DNA from: a virus
Lineage: Duplodnaviria > Caudoviricetes
Reading direction: 5' to 3' (one strand)
DNA: 29,331 nt
IMG/VR virus record: IMGVR_UViG_3300037308_000316
Coordinates: 1 to 29,331 of that record
Each line of letters begins with the position of its first letter. The stretch's first letter is position 1. The position numbers and the translations under genes were made by a program. This document shows positions 17,141 to 25,962 of this stretch, piece after piece. Below the pieces are notes generated by a model, which ran no database searches, had not been told where the DNA came from, and worked only from the letters and a program-made list of their open reading frames with translations.

Positions 17141-19054
17141 ATGAGACGCTATCAAGAGGGTGAGGACCTTTACAACCTCATAGAGACGGCGATTCCGGAG
17201 TTTGCCCGGGCAGAGTATCCAATGTTCGTGGACTTCGTAAAGCTGTTCCTGCTGTATTTGGAACAGGAGCGAACGTTCAGAACAGAGACCATCAGCAGCG
17301 AATACGGCGCACTGGTCAACAACCAAATCCTGACGACGGATGTGCTCGGGGGAACTGCCTATGAGATGCGTAAGTTTCTGGAGTATCGGGACATTGATAC
17401 GACGTTGGATGACTTCGCTCCGCACTTTCTTCGGATGTTCGCCAAGAACTTCCCGCGGCGAACATTCATCAGCGCACAGCGATTCGTTGACACACTCCGA
17501 TATCTCTACACCCATAAGAGTGTGGAAGATACCGTCGTCTGGTTCTTCCGAGTCCTCTTCAACGAACCAGCCGCGATATACTATCCTCGTGAGGACATCC
17601 TCAAAGCCAGTGACGGAACTTGGCTTGAAGAGACCACCATCAAGGTCGGGGCCCCAACAAACGGATACGAAAATGAGCAACTTGAATCTAGCTACCTTGG
17701 TCAGCAGATCAAGACGGCTACGGGAATGGCACAAGTTGACAGAATCCGGACAACGGTTCTCGGGCAAGCCTACGGGCAATACCTCTTCGTCAACGAACTA
17801 GTTCTCAAACGTAGCTCTATTGTTGGGACGTTTGCGCCCGACCAAGACGTGTGGAACCTCGACAGCGAACCCGTCATTCACACAACCATTCTTCCTGTCG
17901 TCACAGGTGTTAACGTTCTCAGCGGAGGTGAGCAATACGCTGTTGGCGACATCGTGACGTTCTCCGAGGGACCAGGGTTGGGAGAAGGCTACGGCGCTGC
18001 GGGTGTCGTCACGTCCGTCTCTGATGGTCCGATTAGCTCTGTGCGCGTGGACTTTGGGGGAGATGGCTACGTAGTCGGCGATCCCGTTGTGTTCATTAGC
18101 TCCACGGGAGCGAACGCGGAAGCTTACGTCAGTGAAGTGGTGTATGGTAACATCAACTTGGACGGTGAGGACGGCTACATCCTCACCGAACAGCAAGTCG
18201 CGAACGAGCGCGTCTACATCGCGCAAGAGGACCACAACTACATTCCACAGGACTTGGCGATCACGGAGTTTGTGAACAACACGATTGCATTCAATGATGC
18301 GGACTACTCTGTTGCCGGACAACCGACGTGGAACTCCGAAACGACGCTGGACTATGTGTTTGCGTCTATCGGGAGCGTTCCGTTTATGCACCCCTGGTGC
18401 TTTGGGGATTGGAGCGGAAACAGCGCGAACGTGACGCTGTGCAATACGATGATCGTGCTGGACATGACGAGTCATGATACATTCTGCGCGAATCTAGCAA
18501 ACGTCTTTGCGCTCACCTCCCCGACAGACCTCGCGACAACTGCCAGCAACGCGGTCTATAAGGGACTGATTGTAAGCGCCAATGTCACGATGGGACTGAA
18601 CCGTAACCGACTTTACGTTACTAACACTACCGCATCATTCATCATCGGGCAGACCGTCAAGTGCGACGGTCCTTACACGACCGGCATCGGAGAGGTGACG
18701 TTCGCAAACGGAAGCGCGAATGTCTCGGGATTTGGTACGAACTTTACAGAGGTGCTTCAGCCCGGATCGTTCATCTATCTGGGTGGTATTGCCGAGGAGT
18801 TCGTTGTCAAGTCCATTACAAACAGTTCATTCCTCACGCTTTGGACGAAGCCGACCAGTAACGGCTCCGGAGAAACCTGGTCGATTGTGCCTACAGGAGT
18901 TGTCCGGAGTGTGACGCTTCAAGCGCAAACTAACTACGGAAAGATTCGTCGTATCGCGTTCATTTCGCCAGGTTCGGGATACCTCACACCACCAGTCGTT
19001 ACCGTCGATAGCGTGTCCGCACGCGCACAAGCCATCTACTACTATGACCCATAA
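17141..19054 (+). CDS. gp7-like baseplate wedge initiator, N-terminal part
   Basis: IPEFARAEYPMFVDFVKLF, YRDIDTT, LYTHKS...FFRVLFNE...YYPREDILKASDGTW, then repeated V-x-V-xx-GGxGY modules. Follows gp6. Confidence 0.78.
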   Translation: MRRYQEGEDLYNLIETAIPEFARAEYPMFVDFVKLFLLYLEQERTFRTETISSEYGALVNNQILTTDVLGGTAYEMRKFLEYRDIDTTLDDFAPHFLRMFAKNFPRRTFISAQRFVDTLRYLYTHKSVEDTVVWFFRVLFNEPAAIYYPREDILKASDGTWLEETTIKVGAPTNGYENEQLESSYLGQQIKTATGMAQVDRIRTTVLGQAYGQYLFVNELVLKRSSIVGTFAPDQDVWNLDSEPVIHTTILPVVTGVNVLSGGEQYAVGDIVTFSEGPGLGEGYGAAGVVTSVSDGPISSVRVDFGGDGYVVGDPVVFISSTGANAEAYVSEVVYGNINLDGEDGYILTEQQVANERVYIAQEDHNYIPQDLAITEFVNNTIAFNDADYSVAGQPTWNSETTLDYVFASIGSVPFMHPWCFGDWSGNSANVTLCNTMIVLDMTSHDTFCANLANVFALTSPTDLATTASNAVYKGLIVSANVTMGLNRNRLYVTNTTASFIIGQTVKCDGPYTTGIGEVTFANGSANVSGFGTNFTEVLQPGSFIYLGGIAEEFVVKSITNSSFLTLWTKPTSNGSGETWSIVPTGVVRSVTLQAQTNYGKIRRIAFISPGSGYLTPPVVTVDSVSARAQAIYYYDP

Positions 19055-19086
19055 GTAATAGGGATTTCTATCTTTAGGAGACCTTC

Positions 19087-19530
19087 ATGCCACAGTATGC
19101 ACGACCATCAGCCGACACGAACAATGTGAGTTTCGTGACCGAGGCCAATGCTGCGACAAACCTCTATCAGAGTATCGATGAGGCAAGTGCCAACGACTCG
19201 GATTACATCATTTCCGCAAAGAACCCAGCGGCGAATGTGTATGTGACCAAGCTGACCGCAGTGGACGATCCGCTCGTAGACACAGGGCACATCATCAACA
19301 TTCGCTATAAGAAGGACGTAGCGGTCAACGCGGAAACGATTGACCTGCTCGTTGAGCTTTGGCAGGACTACGTGAACGAGGGGTCAAAGGGGACGCATAT
19401 CGTCAACCAGACGTTCACGAACATCTCTGCAAGCTGGACGGACAGCAACATCACGTTGAGCAACACGGCCGCAGGGAGCATCACTCAATACGCGAATCTG
19501 TTCCTACGGTTTGAATTCAATAAGCCGTAA
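19087..19530 (+). CDS. Hypothetical beta-rich structural protein (147 aa)
   Basis: Strong AGGAG RBS and an Asn/Thr/Ser-rich beta-type sequence. It lies between the two gp7-like parts. Confidence 0.7.
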   Translation: MPQYARPSADTNNVSFVTEANAATNLYQSIDEASANDSDYIISAKNPAANVYVTKLTAVDDPLVDTGHIINIRYKKDVAVNAETIDLLVELWQDYVNEGSKGTHIVNQTFTNISASWTDSNITLSNTAAGSITQYANLFLRFEFNKP

Positions 19531-19554
19531 CGTTCCGACGGTGAAAGGGACGCT

Positions 19555-20454
19555 ATGGCAGACCCAACTGGCGGACAGATAGGTCAAGCATATCTTGAAC
19601 TCCCATACGCGATCAGGGGTGAACTGTCGTTTGCGGAGTTTGAGCTACCTCATGGTCACACCGGTGACATCAGTTGGGCGGAGCTTCAGGTAGCGGACAT
19701 CGCGACAGCAGGACAACTTGCGTTTACGGAAATCGAAACGCCGAACGTGGCAACGGCGGGCGCGGTTGCCGTAGCAGAACTTAAGACCTCTAACGTCGCG
19801 ACGGGTGGGCAAATCGGACAGGTCTGGGTCACCATTCCGTTTTTTCCTACCGCAGGACAGGCTGGTTGGGCAGAGTTTGTGCTTCAAAAGGCTCCAACAG
19901 CGGGGCGCATTGGCCTTGTCAACTTGGAAATTCCCCGTCCTTTGACCGCGGCGGTCTTGGCATTCGCGGAAGCACAGCTTCCAAAGACATACGCAGCGTC
20001 GTTCCAACTTTCAAACGGCACGGTGGGCATCTTCCGGGCTGCCAATTTGACTGCCATCCAGCCCGCAGGACAGATCACGCAGGTGGGCGTCACGTCTCCT
20101 GGTGTCTATTACGTGGAACCAGGGGATATTCTCGTCACCGCAATTCATTCCGACGACTCCGGGGACCCCGACGATGCGGTGCTCACTGCAAACATCGGGG
20201 CGCTGACGACAAAGGCGGGAACGTATCGCACGACAAAGGGATTCTTGAGCGCCGACAAGTTCCTACAGGACGAATCCTACTACAACGATCATACCTATGT
20301 GGTGCGCGTGGCGGAGTCCTTTGACCGCTGGAAGCTCATCTTCAAGAAGATTCTCCACCCCGCAGGATTCAAGCTCATCGGGGAGTTTGTGCTTATCACA
20401 ACTCCGGACACATTCGCGCTCACTCCAGAAGATGTGATTGTGATTGAATCATAA
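19555..20454 (+). CDS. Repeat-array protein fused to the gp7-like C-terminal domain
   Basis: N-terminal 15-16-aa repeats. The C-terminus GTYRTTKGFLSADKFLQDESYYNDHTYVVR...WKLIFKKILHPAGFKLIGE matches the conserved gp7-like terminal motif. GAAAGGG RBS. Confidence 0.75.
   Translation: MADPTGGQIGQAYLELPYAIRGELSFAEFELPHGHTGDISWAELQVADIATAGQLAFTEIETPNVATAGAVAVAELKTSNVATGGQIGQVWVTIPFFPTAGQAGWAEFVLQKAPTAGRIGLVNLEIPRPLTAAVLAFAEAQLPKTYAASFQLSNGTVGIFRAANLTAIQPAGQITQVGVTSPGVYYVEPGDILVTAIHSDDSGDPDDAVLTANIGALTTKAGTYRTTKGFLSADKFLQDESYYNDHTYVVRVAESFDRWKLIFKKILHPAGFKLIGEFVLITTPDTFALTPEDVIVIES
19567..19989 (+). repeat. Nine degenerate 15-16-aa protein repeats
   Basis: TGGQIGQAYLELPYA / IRGELSFAEFELPHG / HTGDISWAELQVADIA / TAGQLAFTEIETPNVA / TAGAVAVAELKTSNVA / TGGQIGQVWVTIPFFP / TAGQAGWAEFVLQKAP / TAGRIGLVNLEIPRPL / TAAVLAFAEAQLPKT. 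Confidence 0.85.
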
Positions 20455-20464
20455 GTGAATCGGT

Positions 20465-23400
20465 ATGGAAACGATTACTGCAACACCTAGCTCTTACTTC
20501 TTCAACATGGATTCCGGGTGGCTTGGAGAATGGAGTGATCTTACTCCAATTCCGGATTATCTTGGAGGGTTCTATTTGAACCAACCAGATACGGATTTTA
20601 TCCCCCGCTCATGCCAACACACGTTTTCGAGCCAGGTGGGGTTTGACGAATTTTCTGGTTTTGTTTCGCGTGGGTCCATCAAAGCCACTGTTTCTGTTTC
20701 GTTTCCAACAATGTCGGTCTTGCAAGCACAGATCAACTTGGGAGTAACGAATTCATCTCTTATAACGACAACGTATCTTGTTGAGCGTGTTAGCCCGAGC
20801 AACGTCACTCTTGTGTCCTATACGACGACAATTGAATCTGATCTCGTATGGGAGTTTGTCTTCTATCCGAATGGGCATGGACCGCTAGGAGATGCTGGAG
20901 CAACGGTTCTTACACCAAACGGACTTACAACGATTCAGTTTGGACCTGGCTATCATACAGGTCGGAATCTCAATCTATTTGTTGAAGTTAACACATATGG
21001 CTATCGGATAGTCTCATCAACGTATGAAGAAGGTAGCTGGAACGGCCCGGGTACAGGACCATCAGATACCACTCGCATAACGTTGGTGACACGCACTTCT
21101 ATTGACTTTACGCTTAATGAACTGGCACTTATTGTTACAGGTGTGCGTAAGGAAACGGAAGACGACAATGCAGACGACATCACTACTCATTCTGGGTCTC
21201 TTGTCGTCATTTCCGACTACAATGATCAAGAGACGTTCTATTATGATGGCGGAGATCACGCGCTTTACGTATCCGACGATAACGGCGTGACGTGGTATCG
21301 AGGAAAATACCCACCGGAATGGATTGCAAACGCTGCTCCATATTTTGATCTCTGGAATTTAATGAGCACCTGGTTTGGGCACTATGGGTGTGCGCGACAG
21401 GCTTGCAGCATTGATCGAATCAACTATACCATCACAGCGGGAGACGATGTTGAAAGTGTGGACTCCACATACGACGGTGGACCATCAGTTGTTTCTCACC
21501 AAGCGCAAGCGAACGTACCTATTACGACATGGCATACGTGGTTTCCAAATCGGTCCGATTGGGGAGACATTGGAGGCTTACAGCACGATGGACGATACAT
21601 CTATTGCTGTATGTCCTTTAATGGAGGCCTTGACTGGCTACAATCTGACCTCTACAAATACTTCACGATCTGGAGCGTAGACACGGCGAATCCGGACCAA
21701 CCACCTTATGAAGTTGGGTCGATGGGTCCCACTCCGGGGGCGTTCGTTAATACGCCATTTCCCGGCACCGGTCTAGGAGTCATGAGTGGCCTTGTTTACG
21801 TTCCCATTTCAACAGGAACCCGCCGAACATATCTTGAGAACGGACATCCAGTAGTTGATGGTGTGCTTATTGCATCGCGGGGATCGGCAATATACTGGGT
21901 CGAATCGATACCGAACGCGCTCATCCCCGCAATCTACGCTGCAAACGGAGATTATCACTCTAAACAATATCAAACAGCATCTCTCATCACATACAATGGT
22001 GGAGAAGGCGACCGACTTTGGTTGCAGCTTACTGCTGCTCATGATGCTAATACAGTTATTAATGGAGGTTACGGACCGCGACTTTATACGAAAATTGGAA
22101 CGGGGGGTTCGTGGTCTTACAAAGCGACCATCGGAAACAACTCTCTTAGTGGGTTTGACTTTGTGTGGGCTGGTCCAAATACACAATGCCTTATCCGCGT
22201 CTATGACCAAAACACTTTTGGTGGCGAAATCACCCGAACGTGGCAATACACAGAGGACGGAGGCGTAACGTGGGAGGTAGTCGGAACTCCTGCAACAGAA
22301 TCGCAGGGTGCGTCGTCGTATGGGGGCGTCAACCCCGCGAGCGGTATGCTCGTCAATAATCGTGTGATTGTCGCTGAACCTTGGTACGGTGCTATCACAG
22401 ATGAGGGGCATCGGCAATACCTTGTGTGGTCGTTTGATATCGTCAACAAAACGCTCACCCTTTGCAACTCCACCGCTTACATCAATACGACCGGCGGAAG
22501 TTACGTCCCGGTCTGGAACAGCGTGCAATTGGGGCTTATCAACCCCATGCAGGACGACGACCCAGAACCGGAAGTTGAATGCGCGAATGCCGTGCCACTC
22601 GCTGTTAGAAAGACAAATGTTCCGAGGGATGCTCAGCACTCCGGAGTCAAACCGCTCTCTCGCAACGGTGTCGTTTACTATCCTTACGCGCCCCCGGCGC
22701 AAGTATGGGTTCCTGAGTCCTACAACACGAACAGTATTTTATCAACTACGATAGGCCTAAGCAGCGATACGAATGCGACCTTTGGAACATCGGGAAACGG
22801 TACCTATTCAAACACGTTTTCGGGTGGATGGAATGCATCGCAGACCTACGAAGAGACGAGTGGTTCGTCATCTGGTGGCATCGATCCGGGTCAATCATAC
22901 TTGTTTTTCATTGATGGAGGTGCTTGGCCTACTGTTTATGGAGGGCTGATTGTTCCGGAAGGTTTGGAGGGGCTTTGTATTGACTATGCTTGGACGGCAT
23001 CGGGGTCGTGGGAGACAACGTATTCGTCTACAGCTTCGTCAAATGGATCACTTACTTACAACGTAAGCATTCCACCGGGAAGTACCTATACTCTCTCCAA
23101 CGGTTATGTTGCTCAAGCAGGAGCAGGGGCCGAAGTATACGGAGAATTGCTTTTACCAAACGGTAGCTCCATCTGTTACTTGAAGTTTGCAAATAGTGGG
23201 GACTATGAACCGGATGGCGCCATGACAGCATCCGGTAATGCGGAACTCATTTACCGTCAGGTGACGTTAGACCAATTGCGAACGTCGTATATGCGGTCGA
23301 CCATCTCATCCTATTCTTCTGGATATCATTACGTAAAATCGGGAGCGCCGAGCTATAGTTCCCTCGATTACTCGTTATCTATCACAACAACTGCTAGCCT

Positions 23401-24487
23401 AACGTCGACTCCGACGTTGGTTGTTTACTATCATCCGCTCGTTCCTGGTTATTGGGTAGACGACCCGACTCCCAACGTGCATTGGTATAGCAATACAATT
23501 CGCGCATGGAAGGGGGACGTGGACCAGCACCAGTGGGGGTTTCCCGACAGCGTAGTATGGGAAGGACAAACATTCTATTGGGCAAACAACGGACAATTCC
23601 CATGGTTCTTTGACTGGTCAAGTGACGACCTTGGAGTCTATATTCTTTCGCAGTATACGTTAGTTTCGGGCGTCTACGGTACGTCCGACCCCTTTGTTGT
23701 CTGGCGTGTGGAATGGAGCACAGGCGATATCACCATGATTGGGAAACCCCTCTGTCGTTTGGTGGGTCAACCCAACGCACCTTCAAATGTTGAAGATTTC
23801 TACCCTCGGTGCATTCTTGCGTGCGGAAACAACGTCTTTGTTGGTGGCGCGGACAAGGACAGCAACCCGAAAATCCTGGTCCTTCCGAACGACGCTTCAA
23901 AGGGAGATGCGTGGCAAACATCTTACATTGACTATAAGAGCGCCGGCCACATCTCCACGCTTGTAGGTACCAAAGATAGCACTCGTTGGTATGCGGGGAT
24001 TGTGGGCCCGAAACGGGGTGGAGAAGTGCTAACATCGACGTCATCGAACTACTGGTCGTTGGTTCGACGGCGGGGAGCGCTCTATAATATCACGGGAATT
24101 TGGGCAGAAAATGACAATGCGTTGATCTGCGAGCAACCGTCAATCAGTACCGCGGAATACTGGAGCACCAACACTGCCGGTGCCACTTGGTTGAAAATGT
24201 GCGACGAGTATCACGGGGTCGTTTATGGGGGTCTTCAGTATCACCAGCACATTCTCTTTCCTATTCAAACATCGTCGCAGATATTTGCTCCGTCAACGTT
24301 GATTTACGGAGCGTTTGAATACACAGACCGGGAGATTGGTCCGGTGAGCTTCACGACGGATGCGAACAATAAGCCAATGGATTGGGGAGGTCCGTGGTTT
24401 GGAGTTGCGGACGCGGGAGCAGAATTCGCACCTGTCGCCGGTGTAAAGGGACAACTCGCATGGAGTGAGATGATCATTCCAACTTGA
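20465..24487 (+). CDS. Large accessory virion protein (1340 aa) with beta-propeller/Asp-box motifs, possible adhesin
   Basis: Uninterrupted ORF rich in S/T/G/Y/W, with Asp-box-like YVSDDNGVTW, YTEDGGVTW and WSTNTAGATW. It lies within the baseplate operon. Confidence 0.7.
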   Translation: METITATPSSYFFNMDSGWLGEWSDLTPIPDYLGGFYLNQPDTDFIPRSCQHTFSSQVGFDEFSGFVSRGSIKATVSVSFPTMSVLQAQINLGVTNSSLITTTYLVERVSPSNVTLVSYTTTIESDLVWEFVFYPNGHGPLGDAGATVLTPNGLTTIQFGPGYHTGRNLNLFVEVNTYGYRIVSSTYEEGSWNGPGTGPSDTTRITLVTRTSIDFTLNELALIVTGVRKETEDDNADDITTHSGSLVVISDYNDQETFYYDGGDHALYVSDDNGVTWYRGKYPPEWIANAAPYFDLWNLMSTWFGHYGCARQACSIDRINYTITAGDDVESVDSTYDGGPSVVSHQAQANVPITTWHTWFPNRSDWGDIGGLQHDGRYIYCCMSFNGGLDWLQSDLYKYFTIWSVDTANPDQPPYEVGSMGPTPGAFVNTPFPGTGLGVMSGLVYVPISTGTRRTYLENGHPVVDGVLIASRGSAIYWVESIPNALIPAIYAANGDYHSKQYQTASLITYNGGEGDRLWLQLTAAHDANTVINGGYGPRLYTKIGTGGSWSYKATIGNNSLSGFDFVWAGPNTQCLIRVYDQNTFGGEITRTWQYTEDGGVTWEVVGTPATESQGASSYGGVNPASGMLVNNRVIVAEPWYGAITDEGHRQYLVWSFDIVNKTLTLCNSTAYINTTGGSYVPVWNSVQLGLINPMQDDDPEPEVECANAVPLAVRKTNVPRDAQHSGVKPLSRNGVVYYPYAPPAQVWVPESYNTNSILSTTIGLSSDTNATFGTSGNGTYSNTFSGGWNASQTYEETSGSSSGGIDPGQSYLFFIDGGAWPTVYGGLIVPEGLEGLCIDYAWTASGSWETTYSSTASSNGSLTYNVSIPPGSTYTLSNGYVAQAGAGAEVYGELLLPNGSSICYLKFANSGDYEPDGAMTASGNAELIYRQVTLDQLRTSYMRSTISSYSSGYHYVKSGAPSYSSLDYSLSITTTASLTSTPTLVVYYHPLVPGYWVDDPTPNVHWYSNTIRAWKGDVDQHQWGFPDSVVWEGQTFYWANNGQFPWFFDWSSDDLGVYILSQYTLVSGVYGTSDPFVVWRVEWSTGDITMIGKPLCRLVGQPNAPSNVEDFYPRCILACGNNVFVGGADKDSNPKILVLPNDASKGDAWQTSYIDYKSAGHISTLVGTKDSTRWYAGIVGPKRGGEVLTSTSSNYWSLVRRRGALYNITGIWAENDNALICEQPSISTAEYWSTNTAGATWLKMCDEYHGVVYGGLQYHQHILFPIQTSSQIFAPSTLIYGAFEYTDREIGPVSFTTDANNKPMDWGGPWFGVADAGAEFAPVAGVKGQLAWSEMIIPT

Positions 24488-24530
24488 AAATCAATTCCAC
24501 CGCAATCGTGAATCCGTCGGTGTCAGCACT

Positions 24531-24537
24531 CTAAATA
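24531..24537 (+). promoter_or_regulatory. T4-like late promoter (CTAAATA) for gp8
   Basis: Intergenic CTAAATA 9 nt upstream of ATG 24547. Confidence 0.72.
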
Positions 24538-24546
24538 GGTTCTGTT

Positions 24547-25953
24547 ATGCCAAGCATCCTCACTCAAAATTATCACACGACTCTCGCGACGGAATTCAAG
24601 GGACGAATCGCGTGGTCAGAGCGTCTCGACGCACTTCGCGCAAACGGAAGTGTGTCTCAGAACGCCTACGAGTCCATGCTCGCTGTCGCAAACACCATCA
24701 ATCTCTACCTCTTTGTGGGGTATCCGTCCCCGTGGGAGACGGAAGTAGACCCACCGACCCCCGAGGACACCCCTCAGGTGACGGGATTTGACTATTGGCG
24801 GAACATGCTGGCTGCCAAGCGAGTCGCATCTGCCAATGTTTGCCACGTCGTTCCCCGTGTGGACTGGACTTCCGGCACAGTTTACACGCAGTATGATGAT
24901 TCGGTAGATTTGACCGGTCAGCCGTTCTACGCGATGGTGCTGGACGGGGGCACAACGTATCAGATTTACAAGTGTCTCTGGAACAACAATGGCGGAGAAA
25001 GCACGGAAGCGCCCACGGGAACGGACACCGAGGGACAGGTCTACGCGGATGGATACGTATGGAAGTATCTCTACAGCTTGGATTCCGTCAATAATCGCTT
25101 CCTGTCTCTCTCATGGATGCCGGTTTACGCGAACTCATCCATTCAGGCTGCTGCGGAAACACTCTCCGGACAGCTACCTCCAGAAGTGCCGGTTGTGATT
25201 GAGTATGAGGGCGCTCGCTACAACGCGGACGCAACCACGACCGTCACGATTGATGGAGACGGAAAGGACGCGACAATCCTGAGTGCGGGTGTGGGGATTG
25301 TCGGGGGTACGATTACGAGCTTGTCGCTTGCGACGGGTGGGTTGGGATACACTAACGTCGCGTCAATCAACGTGTATCAGTCCGGAAATATCGCGCAGGC
25401 GACTGCCCGAGCGATCATTCCCCCGTTCCCGAGTCACGGATATGACCCTATCTTTGAGCTGCAGGCGAAGCACTTGATGTGCGTGGTCCAGTTTAGTGAC
25501 GACGAGTCGGGAAAGCTCACCGTAGACAACAATTTCCGGCAGATTGGTCTCCTGGTAAATCCTTTGCTTGCAAACGGGGACCTCGCGACGGATACAGTCT
25601 ACAAGCAGACTTGGGACATTCCGCTCGTCACGGGCGCGTCCACGTATGCTCCTGACGATCTCATCATAAATACGGACAAGACGCCGAGCCCGAGCGGAAT
25701 CCTCGTTGACCAGATTGACTCCGGACTCACGATTCGTTTGGTCAACGTGAATACGCGGGGGCTGACTACACCGTTTTCTGCGGGTGATGTGTTGCAGGTT
25801 GGGGGCAGCTTACAGTCCACGGTGGACGACGGCATATCCGGACCGGAACTCCTCCCGTATTCGGGGCACGTCGTTTACGCTAATCAGCGAATTCCGGTAA
25901 CACGGGGGCCCGGAGAAACGCAGGACCTCAAGATCGTATTACCGTTTGGATAA
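24547..25953 (+). CDS. gp8: Baseplate wedge subunit
   Basis: YLFVG...PPTPED...MLAAKRV...VVPRVDWTSGTVYTQYDD, YKCLWNNNG..ST..PT, DGYVWKYLY, HGYDP, FRQIGL, YSGHVVYANQR...KIVL. Confidence 0.92.
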   Translation: MPSILTQNYHTTLATEFKGRIAWSERLDALRANGSVSQNAYESMLAVANTINLYLFVGYPSPWETEVDPPTPEDTPQVTGFDYWRNMLAAKRVASANVCHVVPRVDWTSGTVYTQYDDSVDLTGQPFYAMVLDGGTTYQIYKCLWNNNGGESTEAPTGTDTEGQVYADGYVWKYLYSLDSVNNRFLSLSWMPVYANSSIQAAAETLSGQLPPEVPVVIEYEGARYNADATTTVTIDGDGKDATILSAGVGIVGGTITSLSLATGGLGYTNVASINVYQSGNIAQATARAIIPPFPSHGYDPIFELQAKHLMCVVQFSDDESGKLTVDNNFRQIGLLVNPLLANGDLATDTVYKQTWDIPLVTGASTYAPDDLIINTDKTPSPSGILVDQIDSGLTIRLVNVNTRGLTTPFSAGDVLQVGGSLQSTVDDGISGPELLPYSGHVVYANQRIPVTRGPGETQDLKIVLPFG

Positions 25954-25962
25954 GACACACCT

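Noticed and set aside
25666-25672. ATAAATA inside gp8 as an internal late promoter
   Set aside because: It lies within coding sequence about 290 nt before the next start and differs from the CTAAATA seen at the four gene-proximal sites. It cannot be supported without transcript data.
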